Origin: Ignavibacteria bacterium
GTDB taxonomy: Bacteria; Bacteroidota; Ignavibacteria; Kapaibacteriales; UBA2268
Length of the DNA stretch: 64,000 nt
Assembly: GCA_016844745.1 (NCBI GenBank)
Contig: JAERMQ010000001.1
Span: forward strand, 29,475 to 93,474
Direction: 5' to 3'
Shown piece after piece: positions 19,930-31,100 of the stretch. Numbering within the stretch: position 1 is the first letter of the stretch; the number at the start of each line of letters is the position of its first letter. Position numbers and translations under genes: made by a program. The notes beneath the pieces are model-generated. The model was not told where the DNA came from. It saw only the letters and a list, made by a program, of their open reading frames with translations, and searched no databases.

Positions 19930-20394
19930 TTAATCGGTAATAACAACCTGGCGGATGCAATGATTGAAGCCACCTTCGCTATTTTGCTCACTGGCTGTGC
20001 ATTTGCATCCTTCAAATTGATTCGAATCATTAAAATTGAATAAACATGATGCGCAATTGGCACAAACACATATTTGAAGAGTTTCAACTGCATTCAAGTA
20101 CTGCCCAAATTCATTGCCTACTTTGACTAATAAAAATCCACAAGTAACGCTTTTTCCCAAGTGATTGCCAGTTCCTTTTAAAAAGAAATTACTGCCGTTA
20201 ACTTCAATTTCAACAGAAGTTATACGCGAGCCGTTATTCAGCATCTTTTCAAGCATAATTATCAGATTGCCGGGTGTTATTGTTAAAACAGGTTTCCCGT
20301 TTTGAATTTCCCCGTATTTAATAAAGGATTTTGCTTGTATGTTTATACAAAATGCAATTAATAAAATTGCCAAAAAAGATAATTTAGTTTTCAT
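19930..20394 (-). CDS. Small secreted protein with Cys-rich C-terminus
   Basis: The likely start is 20394 (GGAG SD; MKTKLSFLAILLIAFCINIQA). The C-terminus is CVCANCASC...GCKC...NHC. Confidence 0.75.
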   Translation of the reverse strand: MKTKLSFLAILLIAFCINIQAKSFIKYGEIQNGKPVLTITPGNLIIMLEKMLNNGSRITSVEIEVNGSNFFLKGTGNHLGKSVTCGFLLVKVGNEFGQYLNAVETLQICVCANCASCLFNFNDSNQFEGCKCTASEQNSEGGFNHCIRQVVITD

Positions 20395-20673
20395 AATAGC
20401 TCCACAAATTATTGAACTTATGTTTATTATGCTTTTGCTCATAAATTTTCCAAGCAATAGCGTTATTTTTGTAAATATAGATTGTGTCCGCTTTAACAGT
20501 TCTTTCGTAAATATGCTTTTAATCTATATAAATAAACAATAATTGCTTGTATATAATTTAATTACTAAAAATAACCAAAACAATAATATAATCCAAATTA
20601 TTTTTTCGAATGTTAGCAATAATCTCAATAATTGCTATAGCAAGGGTTTACAACAACCGCTGGAATGACAATT

Positions 20674-20989
20674 CAATCTCCCTTCCAAAATAATCCCGTT
20701 GGGATGGAATAATATGTCATCCCTACGGGATTTATATGGTTTCCGGGGTTGGGATTTTCTATAAATATGTCATCCCTACGGGATTGATTTGATTTGAAGG
20801 AAGCTATGCTATAACTGCAAGTTATAGTATAGCTGGGAAGCCGCTCCAGCAGGGGATTCCTGTATCCGCAGGAATGAAAATTCAATGATTTAATGGAACC
20901 TGGATTCTTCGCTTCGCTCTGAATGACATTCTTCTTTGTATAGGAATTTGATAAAAAGATGTCCAACATCTGCCAGATGTTGGACATCT
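20674..20989. repeat. Composite palindromic mosaic, copy 2 (direct repeat of 19546-19807)
   Basis: About 200 bp are near-identical to copy 1 and are followed by the same 33-bp palindrome. Confidence 0.85.
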
Positions 20990-20996
20990 CCCTTCT

Positions 20997-21590
20997 TTAA
21001 ATGATAATCACCCCACTCGCAATTTTCCGAATTGTCTCGGGATAGAGAATATGCTCGGCTTCCAACACTCTTTTTGATAATGATTCAATATTATCTCCCG
21101 GCAGAACAGGCACCTCTATCTGAGCTAATATCCTGCCGTGGTCGAAAATGTTATCGACAAGATGTACCGTTGGTCCGGTTTTTTTTTCATTATTTGCTAA
21201 AACTGCTTCGTGAACAAATCTGCCGTACATTCCTTTTCCGCCGTATTTCGGCAGTAACGCCGGATGAATATTCAATACCCTGCCGTTAATGTATGAAATG
21301 ATTTTGTCGTCAAGTTTCTTCATGTACCCGGCAAGAATTATCGTATCGGCATTATGGTAATCAATGATTCGTATGATTTCGCGAATGAAGGAATCGGTAT
21401 CGTAATGTGTTTTTGTACTGACGTGATAATATGGAATTCGTTCTCGTTTTGCTCTTTCGATAGCGCCGGAATCGGAATTGTTCGAAATAACAAAAGAGAC
21501 TTTTGCATCAATATTTCCGCTTTTTATTGCGTCAATAATTGACTGCATATTCGAACCGCCATGCGAAGCAAAAAATCCTAATCTTAACAT
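20997..21590 (-). CDS. purN: Phosphoribosylglycinamide formyltransferase
   Basis: Motifs GGSNMQSII, LAGYMK, LNIHPALLPKYGGKGMYG, GPTVHLVD and RVLEAEH are present. Confidence 0.95.
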   Translation of the reverse strand: MLRLGFFASHGGSNMQSIIDAIKSGNIDAKVSFVISNNSDSGAIERAKRERIPYYHVSTKTHYDTDSFIREIIRIIDYHNADTIILAGYMKKLDDKIISYINGRVLNIHPALLPKYGGKGMYGRFVHEAVLANNEKKTGPTVHLVDNIFDHGRILAQIEVPVLPGDNIESLSKRVLEAEHILYPETIRKIASGVIII

Positions 21591-21812
21591 ATTGCAATTT
21601 ACTTAAAAATTTTTATGCTGAAAAATCGTTTATATATAATTAGTTTTTCCCCTTTTTACTTACTTCTAAATTCAAAAATCGTTAATCCTTGTTCATTATT
21701 CCATCTTATAAAGTATAAGCAAAATTTTTATCAGCAAAAAACGTTAATATATTCTTTAGTTCTTTATGACAAAGAAATATATAATGAATTTGTAAATTAG
21801 GGAGTATAATAT

Positions 21813-23957
21813 ATGCCCAATGACCATACTAAATCTAAAACTTATATAAGCATTGGAAAAATACTGAATCAGATACCCGGAATTATAAAGATGACGTATC
21901 AGGGTAAGGAGCGGGAAATTATCCTGAACTGCCCATTCGATACGAGAAATGTTGACAATGAAACCGTGATTGATTGGTATTCTCAAATACATTTGGGCAG
22001 GACGTTGGACGATAAAGCCGCCCTTTATGTGAAAATGGCAAAAGGATGGACTTACCACGCTCCATTCGGTGGACATGACGGGATTCAGTTTGCTTTGGGT
22101 AAAATCTTCCGGCAGGGAAAGGATTTCCTGTTTCCATATTACAGGGATATGTTAACTTGTCTTATTGCAGGAATTACTGTCGATGAGATTATTCTCAACG
22201 GACTTAGCAAGGAAGATGACATAGCAGGGGGAGGAAGGCACATGAGCAATCATTTTGCCAAACAATCATTAAATATCCAGAACGTTTCGTCATGCACGGG
22301 TAATCATGCCCAACATGCAGCAGGATTGGCTCGCGCAGTTAAAAAATACGGCGGGGATGAAGTTGTATATTATTCCGGTGGCGAATCCGCAAGTTCGGAA
22401 GGTTATTTCTGGGAGGCATTGAATTGCGCTACTCTTGAGAAGCTCCCTGTTATTTTCGTGATACAGAATAACAGGTATGCTATATCGGTTCCTTTAGTGC
22501 AGCAAACGGCTAATATATTGGTATCCGAGAATTATTCAGGATTCAAGAACCTGAAAATATTTAATTGCAATGGCAGATGTCCGTTTAATTCATTCAAAAC
22601 CCTTTCGGCAGCAAAGAGATATGTTGAATCGGGCGCAGGTCCGGCAATCGTACATGCTGATTGCGACAGAATGGGGGCACATTCGAATTCCGACCCGCAT
22701 AAATTATACCGTTCTGATGATGAATTAGATGATGCGGCAAAGCGCGACCCAATGCTCCAGCTTCGTTATATTATTGTAAAAAATGGGATAGCAAAGGAAG
22801 AAGAGCTAATTGCAATCGAAGAAAAGAACCGGAAAACAGTATATGAAGCTGCCGACCGGATAGAAAAGGCACCGAATGCCGACGGCAGTCAATGGAATAA
22901 ATTTATAGTTCCGGAGCAGTTTGCAAAAGAATATAAGGAACCTGCTCCTAAAGAAGGCACTCCTCAAGTTACGTATCTTCATGCAATCAATTCGGCTCTG
23001 AAAGAAGAATTCAGGCGAAATCCGAATACATTTCTCTGGGGTCAGGATGTTGCATCGAAGGATAAAGGCGGAGTTTTCAATGTAACCAAAGGAATGGCAC
23101 AGGAATTCGGTGATGAAAGAGTGTTTAATTCGCCAATTGCAGAGAATAATATTGTCGGAACTGCTAACGGTTTCTCAAGATATAGAAAAGACATTTGGGT
23201 GGTAGTTGAAGGCGCTGAATTTGCAGATTATTTCTGGCCCGCAATGGACCAGTTAATCGAATGTTCGCATGATTATTGGCGAACCAAGGGGCAATTTGCT
23301 CCCAATGTTGTAATACGCCTTGCAAGCGGTGGATATATCCAGGGAGGCTTGTATCATTCACAGAATTTAGAGGGTGTATTTACTACTATTCCCGGTATAA
23401 GAGTAGTATCTCCGGCATTTGCAGACGACGCAATAGGATTGATGCGGAATGCAATGCGTTCGCAGGGAGTTACTGTATATCTTGAACCAAAATTCCTGTA
23501 TAATTACAAAAATGCTAGTACGATTGAACCGAATGAGGATTTTATATTGCCTTTCGGAAAGGCAAAAGTACGAAGAACCGGAACAGATATTTCGATAATT
23601 ACTTATGGCACGGCTTGCCACTTAAGTCTAATTGCAGCGGAAGAATTAAACAAAGAAGGAATTTCAGTTGAAGTAGTTGATTTGCGCTCACTAAATCCGT
23701 TGGATGAAGAAACTATTTTAGCGTCTGTTGAGAAAACCAATAGGGTAGTGGTAGCTCACGAAGATAAAATGATGGGCGGCTTCGGAGGCGAAATCGTAGC
23801 GCTGATAACCGAAAAAGCTTTTGGCAAACTCGATGCACCGGTAATGCGGGCTTGCTCGAAATTTTCACCCGTCGGATTTGCAAAAGAATACGAAAAGGAA
23901 ATCCTGCTTAATACAGAAGATATTAAAAAAACTGTCAGAAAAGTTGTCAGCTTTTAA
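21813..23957 (+). CDS. 2-oxoacid (probably branched-chain) dehydrogenase E1, fused alpha/beta
   Basis: Motifs FPYYRD, GGRHMSNHF, GESASSEG...IQNN, HSNSD, GQDVA..KGGVF, GGLYHSQ and VDLRSLNPLD are present. Confidence 0.9.
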   Translation: MPNDHTKSKTYISIGKILNQIPGIIKMTYQGKEREIILNCPFDTRNVDNETVIDWYSQIHLGRTLDDKAALYVKMAKGWTYHAPFGGHDGIQFALGKIFRQGKDFLFPYYRDMLTCLIAGITVDEIILNGLSKEDDIAGGGRHMSNHFAKQSLNIQNVSSCTGNHAQHAAGLARAVKKYGGDEVVYYSGGESASSEGYFWEALNCATLEKLPVIFVIQNNRYAISVPLVQQTANILVSENYSGFKNLKIFNCNGRCPFNSFKTLSAAKRYVESGAGPAIVHADCDRMGAHSNSDPHKLYRSDDELDDAAKRDPMLQLRYIIVKNGIAKEEELIAIEEKNRKTVYEAADRIEKAPNADGSQWNKFIVPEQFAKEYKEPAPKEGTPQVTYLHAINSALKEEFRRNPNTFLWGQDVASKDKGGVFNVTKGMAQEFGDERVFNSPIAENNIVGTANGFSRYRKDIWVVVEGAEFADYFWPAMDQLIECSHDYWRTKGQFAPNVVIRLASGGYIQGGLYHSQNLEGVFTTIPGIRVVSPAFADDAIGLMRNAMRSQGVTVYLEPKFLYNYKNASTIEPNEDFILPFGKAKVRRTGTDISIITYGTACHLSLIAAEELNKEGISVEVVDLRSLNPLDEETILASVEKTNRVVVAHEDKMMGGFGGEIVALITEKAFGKLDAPVMRACSKFSPVGFAKEYEKEILLNTEDIKKTVRKVVSF

Positions 23958-24159
23958 TTACAATGTGAAAATGATTGTGTAAGAAAAATTTACATATTAT
24001 AGTTAAAAAGTGTGAAATTAATCTGACAGTGTAAATATAAAATTACATAAAAAAGAAAAAAAAATCGTTTTTTTATATAATATATATCGATTTTCAAAAT
24101 CTTTGAACATCAATTTGAGCTATAATAGTTAAATTTGTAACTATGCAGGAACCAGAATT

Positions 24160-24234
24160 GCGCCTGTAGCTCAATTAGGATAGAGCGTTGGATTCCGGTT
24201 CCAAAGGTTGGGGGTTCGATTCCCTTCAGGCGTA
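24160..24234 (+). tRNA. tRNA-Arg(CCG)
   Basis: The acceptor stem is GCGCCTG/CAGGCGT, the D-arm is TAGCTCAATTAGGATAGAGC, the anticodon arm is TTGGA-TT-CCG-GT-TCCAA and the T-loop is GGTTCGATTCC. CCA is not encoded. Confidence 0.95.
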
Positions 24235-24260
24235 CAAGTAATTGATTTAAATATAACTTA

Positions 24261-25019
24261 ATGGCAGATATGAAAAGAAGCGAAAAAGAAAATTTAAACG
24301 AAGAAAACTTAACCGAGCAGGAAGAAGTAGAAGAAGAAATACTTGCTCCCCAAAGAGACGATTCCATATCAAAATTTCAATTTTACATTCAAAAATATAG
24401 AACTTACGTTATAAGTATTTCCATTGGATTAATAGCCCTGATTGCTATTTTTATTTATGTGAGATATAATAACGAAGCAAATGATAAAAAAGCCGTGTTG
24501 GCTCTATCCCGTGTATTGCCATATTTTAACGCAAAGTACTATGACGCAGCGCTGAAGGGCGACCCGAAAGCAAAAGTAAGAGGCGACGAAGTGTTAGGAT
24601 TGGAATATATAGCAGATGAATATTCGGGAAGACCGGCAGGCAAAGTAGCAGCATTATATGCCGGAGAATGTTTCATAGCCCTTGGTAAACCTGCAGAAGC
24701 TAAAAGATTTTATGAGATTGCCTCAGGCTCCGATTCCAGGTTGGTTGTTAGCGGTGCAAATGCGGCATTAGGCGCATTGGCAGAAACAGAAAACAATTTC
24801 GAATCGGCAGCAAAATACTATACCGAAGCAGCAGCTTTATCGCTCGATGATGCCGCCAAATCAAGATATAAATATTTCAGTGGTTTAGCATACGAAAAAT
24901 TAGGGAATAAGGAGAAAGCCGAAAGCCTTTACAGAGAGATTATCGGTGAAACGCAATATTCGGAGTTTACACTACATGCAAAATCGGGCTTAATTCGTAT
25001 TGGCACGATAATTGAGTAA
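24261..25019 (+). CDS. Membrane-anchored TPR protein (YfgM-like)
   Basis: A single N-terminal TM helix is followed by Ala-rich TPR-like helices (GLAYEKLGNKEKAESLYREI). Confidence 0.75.
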   Translation: MADMKRSEKENLNEENLTEQEEVEEEILAPQRDDSISKFQFYIQKYRTYVISISIGLIALIAIFIYVRYNNEANDKKAVLALSRVLPYFNAKYYDAALKGDPKAKVRGDEVLGLEYIADEYSGRPAGKVAALYAGECFIALGKPAEAKRFYEIASGSDSRLVVSGANAALGALAETENNFESAAKYYTEAAALSLDDAAKSRYKYFSGLAYEKLGNKEKAESLYREIIGETQYSEFTLHAKSGLIRIGTIIE

Positions 25020-25121
25020 TTAAAGGAAAAATAATAGGAAAACTAATTAAATTAGTGAGAAAAATTTGAGAATAAATAAATACTATATTAATAAAAACAT
25101 GTTTTTTTTTATGGAGGTAAT

Positions 25122-28100
25122 ATGAATCGACTGATTCGTCTAAGTTTACTTATATGTTTGTTTGCTGTTTTTTCGATAGAAGCAATAGCTCAAACACCAA
25201 ACCTTGTCAGAGTCTCCGGGCGCATTAGCCCCGGTGAGGTTAGAGTTTTTGTTAAAGACTCTATCTATGAAATTAACAATCAATATATAGTCGGCGGTAC
25301 GCTGATTATTGAACCAGGGACATTGATTTACTTCAATCCCAACAGTAGAATAGTAGATTCTACAGGCGGCAGAATCATAGCTGATGGCCGCGCGCAAACT
25401 ACTTATACTCCCAATCCTGGCACTTGGGACCCATTGGGCACTGCTTACAGCACTTCGAATCCCAAAGGATTTGCCGGTTATGCCGACCTTCGCTATTTTC
25501 TATGTAACTATGTACCCGGCGGACTACCGACCGGTCCTACAACCGTTACTGCAAATACGCCAAGAGATGTAACCGTGCATCCGTCAAAATATAATTATAT
25601 TTATAATGTTGTACTCGATACAAGCATTATTAATCCATTATCTACAGATACAACTTACAAAAACAGATACAGAAGAATAGTTGATTTGGATATCGGTAAA
25701 GAACCATTACCCGATGTTCCGGGCGTACCGGCAAGCGGACAGGTAATTGTTCCTTTCGAATATGCAATTTTATTTGTTACTTCGAGATTACAAAGCGACC
25801 CTTATGATGACGTTAACCTTAATATTAGCTCATGGAAAAGAGTTGGCGGGTATCCGGTCGATGTTTCTCCTGCCCAGATTAAATTTGTTGCACGTGATGT
25901 TGGTAATTATTCCCAGGAATGGGGACATATTATCGTATTACCAGGCGCAAGAGCAGCTTTCTTTAGAAACTGTTCATTCGAAGGCTTCAGAAAAGATACT
26001 ACTGTTGACAGAGTTGCAATTTACTCGGCTAACCTTGGCGGAACTGCAGGCGACGGTACATTGATGAATAATACTTTACGAAAACTTACAAATGGTAGTG
26101 GTGGAGCAATTACAACTTTTTCATCAAGGACATGGTTGATTAACTGCTCTTTTACCAATAACTTTGCAAGGTTTAGAGGTGGCGCAATTCAATTACTTCA
26201 AGCACCGGACGGATATCCGATGACAGGTAATACACCGGTAACAAATCCTACAAATGGGGGTAATTATTTTGCAAATAAAAATCCCAACATTACCGATAGA
26301 GACGGCAGTACATCGGACGTTATCGAGTTCAACGGAGTACCAAGAATCGATGAAATAGATGAAGCATTGGGAACAATTGCTCCAAGCTGCTCATGGTCAC
26401 GTTACGAATATTTGAATGATTATGAAAGACAAGCATTCGATGATGCACGTATAGCGCTTTATCTTGGAAGAATGCGTAACCTGACATTTACAAACAATAA
26501 GGTTATGCTTTCTAATTTCGGATTAATACCACCAATGAGTCTTCCAAGGGATATTACGGACAGACCGGCTAATTATCCCCAGGAATATGGAAACGGAGCC
26601 TTCGGAGGCGCTATCTATATTTCCGGTAAAGCAGGCGCTCCAAGTACATCGCAGATAGAAGTAGGTTTCGGTATTAATAATAGTATAATGATTGGTGGTG
26701 GTGAATCAACATTTACAACCCCGGATAATTTTGTATTATCCGGCAACAAAGCAATTAACTATCAAAACTCCACTCAGTCCTCAGGAGCAAGAGGCGGCGG
26801 TATTTATGTCGGCTCGATGACTTCGCTTATTTTAGCCGGTAATTACAATACAAATACCACTTCGGTACCATTTATCGAACAAGCAAATTTGGGACCGGCA
26901 ACCGGCGGATACTCCAGAGGCGGAGCAATTTATGAAGCTGAAACTTACGGACGTATTCAGGTACGCGGCGGTCCGGCAAGAGACCTGATTAGCAATCCTA
27001 CACAATTTGTCGGCAATAAATCTGCCGACGGTGGTGCAATGTACGTTGAAGGTAATATGACAAAAGTTCCTTATAATACTTTAGGATCGCCATTTTTCTA
27101 TGCATCGCCAATTATAGGCGGTTCGGATGTCAATCCCGTAACGAGAGATTTCGGATTTAACATTAAATTCGAAAATAATACGGCATCTGCTTCCGGAGGA
27201 GCTATTTATACAAACCGTAATATGGCAATGAACGGCGCTGGCGGTGTTGTTGCCGACCAGTTAATCGGTTATGGAGGTTTGTACCCAATAAGATTTTTAA
27301 ATAATACTGCCGGTTATGGCGGCGGCGCTATTGAAATCAACATCAAGAGCAGCCAAGGCGCAACAATTACAGACGACAGGCGAGCAGTAAAAATTATACG
27401 TTCGGTATTCGAAGGGAACCAAGTCGGTTATACAGCCGATTCTGCTTACTTTGCATCTGTTAAAGGCGGCGGCGCTGTTAATTGCGTCAATGCAGACCTT
27501 AACATTGTAAAGGGCGCTCAATTTTTAACAAATAAAGTTAAGAATGGTAATGGTGGTGCAGTAGCCATTGTATCTCCATGGTCATCGGCAAGAAGATTTA
27601 TTGTTTCCGACCTCGATACCATCAATACTTCCTTAAATAAGATGTCTCCGGATTTAAATACCGATATGACAGTCGGTACAAGCTTTATTTCTAATAATAA
27701 GTGCTTTACATTCGATACTTCCGGTATGTGGAATAACAGATATTATCCACCGGATTTGGGTATGTTAACACGATTCGTACAAAACGTTTGCGAAACCGAC
27801 CAGTCAATGAGAGATTCGCTTAACGGAACAGGAACCACACAAGTTGGTCTTGGTACTCTGAATCCCAATGATAATTTGAATGCAACTTACTGGATTGACG
27901 ATAACACCGGTTATGCCGGTGGTCAAAACGGAAGAGTTATTAAATTAACAAGCGGAGCCTCTAATTGGGCATTTAACCAGATTGACCCGTTGGCAACAGT
28001 AAATGATATTAAATTCCCAACTGATAATTCAGGTTATGCCGTCGGTACAAGTGGATTTTTCTACAAGACAACTAATGCAGGCACTAGTTGGAATCCGGTT

Positions 28101-31100
28101 ACATTACTGCCACCATCTCCCGGCAACTTAAATGCAGTAACATTTATTGGTTCTCAAATTGGTTATGTAGTAACATCAACTGGTGGGATTTATAAAACGA
28201 CTGATGGTTGGAGTTCAGTATGCTCTACTTTGGTCAATCCGGCTCCCGGTATTCCATTATACAATGTTTACTTTATCAGTTCATCAATTGGTTTCGTATG
28301 CGGAGATAATGGTTTGATAATGAAAACTACCGATGGTGGAGGTACATGGGGAATAACAGGCGTTCCCGGAATTACAAATTCATTGAATAACATTTTCTTT
28401 ATAAATACAAATACTGGTAATATTGTTGGTTCCGGTGGAGTTGTACTAAGAACATCAGACGGTGGAAATAGCTGGGATCAAATGGTAAGTAATACTACAT
28501 ATGATTTAGTAGGAGTTAGCTTCACAAATCAATCAAACGGATATGCTGTTGGTAACTTCGGAACTGCTATTAAGACAACAAATGGCGGAGTTGAATGGAA
28601 TTCAGTTACATTCACAACGAAAAATAATCTAAAAGATATTTACTTCTCATCGAGTAATGTTGGCTTTATCGTTGGCGATAAAGGTTTATTGATGAAGACA
28701 ACAGATGCCGGAGCTTCCTGGACAACACGCAGACCGGCGGATGAAAGATTAGTTGACGTAAAACGCTATCATCCCGAAGCACGATTACCTGAGAATGGAA
28801 TCGGTTTGGGTGGCGCTGTTTATGTATTGGATAGTATTACGGTAAACAGGGTGAATCGTCAGGATTCAATATTCTTCAACAGGGTTAGAATGCAAAACAA
28901 TATTGCATTCACCGGAGCAGCGGTTTATTCCGATAACTTCGACCTGAAACTTATCTTTAACCGTTCATTAATTACAGGTAACTCAATTGACCCGTCAAAC
29001 CAAATCGGCGCAACACAGAATGTCGTCGTTGGTCCGGTAATCAAGGATGGTAATAACACTTATAACCAAGCCTCGAAGGATTTGACAGGCGCAATTATAT
29101 ACGGAGAAATTCAGGGACCTCTTCCATCAAATTTATTCTCGGAAGCAGCGAACTCAATTTATGATAACACAGCAAGATTTTTAATCAGGTTACCCGATGC
29201 TCCTAATACCAAAGGTGTATTAGCCGGAACAACCGGTTACGGATTTGGCGGAACAGATACATTGAGGGGTAACTACTGGGGTAAAACAGAATCTAATGTT
29301 AATATGTATATAACAAATCAACAAAATAATAAAGTTGTACAGGAAACATTCTTCGTATCGGGAGATAATACTTCATGGCTGCCTTTCAGCTATCAGGCTA
29401 ATCCTGCCGATCCGAGAACACAGGGTCCTTTCGAATCGCTATTGAAATTTACATATCAACCGGTACCATTGAAAAATGTTGCTACCGATGAAAACGTTGC
29501 CGACCCGGCAAGTATTCCTGAAAAGATTCTACAGTCCGGCAGAATATATGATTTATATGATAAAGGTACTGATGTTAAAACAGCGGATTATTCAAAACGC
29601 AGAATGAGTCCGATAGAAGATTTCGCTGTTGGTATCCCCCCATATATGAGGTTATTCAATACAGCACGACAGCCGTCGTTTAATAAATATGTCAGAAGAC
29701 TAATTCATGACCCGGCAGTTGCAGAGAAAAGAGATAATAACAATGTTTTAGTATATCCATTTATTTCATTACTTCAAGATGAATGGAAACCGGACCCGAG
29801 CGGTAATCTTTACCACCCGCTTGGTGAGCCTTTATACTTAGAATCAATAGTAAATTATGACGGTTTGGTAGAAAGAAGCAATCACGATAATTTGACAAAG
29901 AACGAAACAGTATTCTTTGTAATTAACGAAAGTACTGATGATTACATGCGCATCAATTTACAGCAAGTATCCGAAGATGCTCCTTTCAGAGAAGTATTCA
30001 GGGGAAGAGTTGAACTTGTTCCGGATTCAACCCTAAGAAATCCACAAACTTCATATCGCAGATCTGCAGAAGGATTGTCTAACTTAGGTGATGGAAATGA
30101 ATTTTTGCAAAATGTCGGTACAAGACCATTTGCACCATATAAAGAAGATAAAGGGACACTCCCGGGACGTCGTTATTCTACTCCATGGAATGCAGCCGGT
30201 AATAATCCGTTAGCATATTCGAACAGAAATTCAGCAGGACAAGGTTCGAACGGTAGAAATATCGGAGACCCGGCATTTATTCCATATATGCCGGCAACTA
30301 ACGTCAACCCTCTGGGAACCAATTTGGAAACCTATTATGCAGGCGAACGCTATCATTCACTTCCTGTTAACGTTGGTGACCAAATTCGTGTCGTATCGCG
30401 AACGGTTCTTTGGAGAGACGGAGCTTTAACAGCTTACAATGAAAGTATGGTATTTAAAGTATCAGCTTCTACTCAACCACCGGTATTTACGGGTAATGTA
30501 GTTTCGTTGCAAAAAGATACAGTCATAAAAACCATGCCATCCGATAAGCCATGGGAATTTATAAAGATTGTAAAGATGACTGATTTCTTAAATAAAATCT
30601 TTATAACAGAGGACAGGGAATATCCGGTTCAATTAGGTACTTATTCAAATTTACCGACAGCCGGCGGCAAAGGTCGTGATTCTATTATGACCGTAACTGC
30701 TGTTGATTCGAACAATTTCTATGACCCGAGGTCTGTAACCGAATTTTCACCGAAATTATATTCGGCATTAACATACAGATGGTCTGTTGACGGTAATTCA
30801 GGATTATATCGCTGGTTGCTTTGCGATACGGTAAAAGCAGGATATACGGAAGATTTCGCGGGAAATACAATTCAAAATCCGCGAAATGGAGCCAAAGGTT
30901 ACCTTCAGTTCCATGGTCGCTCGATTAATCCTTACATAGTACCAGGCGGCGAATGGGTACACGTTGAAGTAGATAATTATCCGTTGCATTATAGAATGCT
31001 CGATTCAATGTTAGCTCATAATAAACGTGTAAACGATAAGATATCTCCTTACGATTCGGCAAAAGTAATTCCTCAGGATGTAATTGATAAATTCATTGAA

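Noticed and set aside
19406-20987. Short ORFs 19406-19603, 19579-19782 and 20673-20987 with similar translations
   Set aside because: They are translations of the duplicated palindromic mosaic, not credible genes.
19420-20989. Possible CRISPR array from recurring palindromic units
   Set aside because: There is no regular repeat-spacer period, the intervening sequences are themselves duplicated, and no cas genes are present.
14111-20996. Prophage call based on the terminase-like HTH
   Set aside because: There are no large terminase, portal, capsid or integrase genes.
22370-22475. E1 ThDP motif reading GESA rather than GDG
   Set aside because: This variant is usual in fused Bacteroidota-type E1 proteins and is not evidence of inactivation.
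24160-24260. tRNA-Arg as an integration site for the downstream operon
   Set aside because: I saw no integrase and no duplicated tRNA 3' end in the window.
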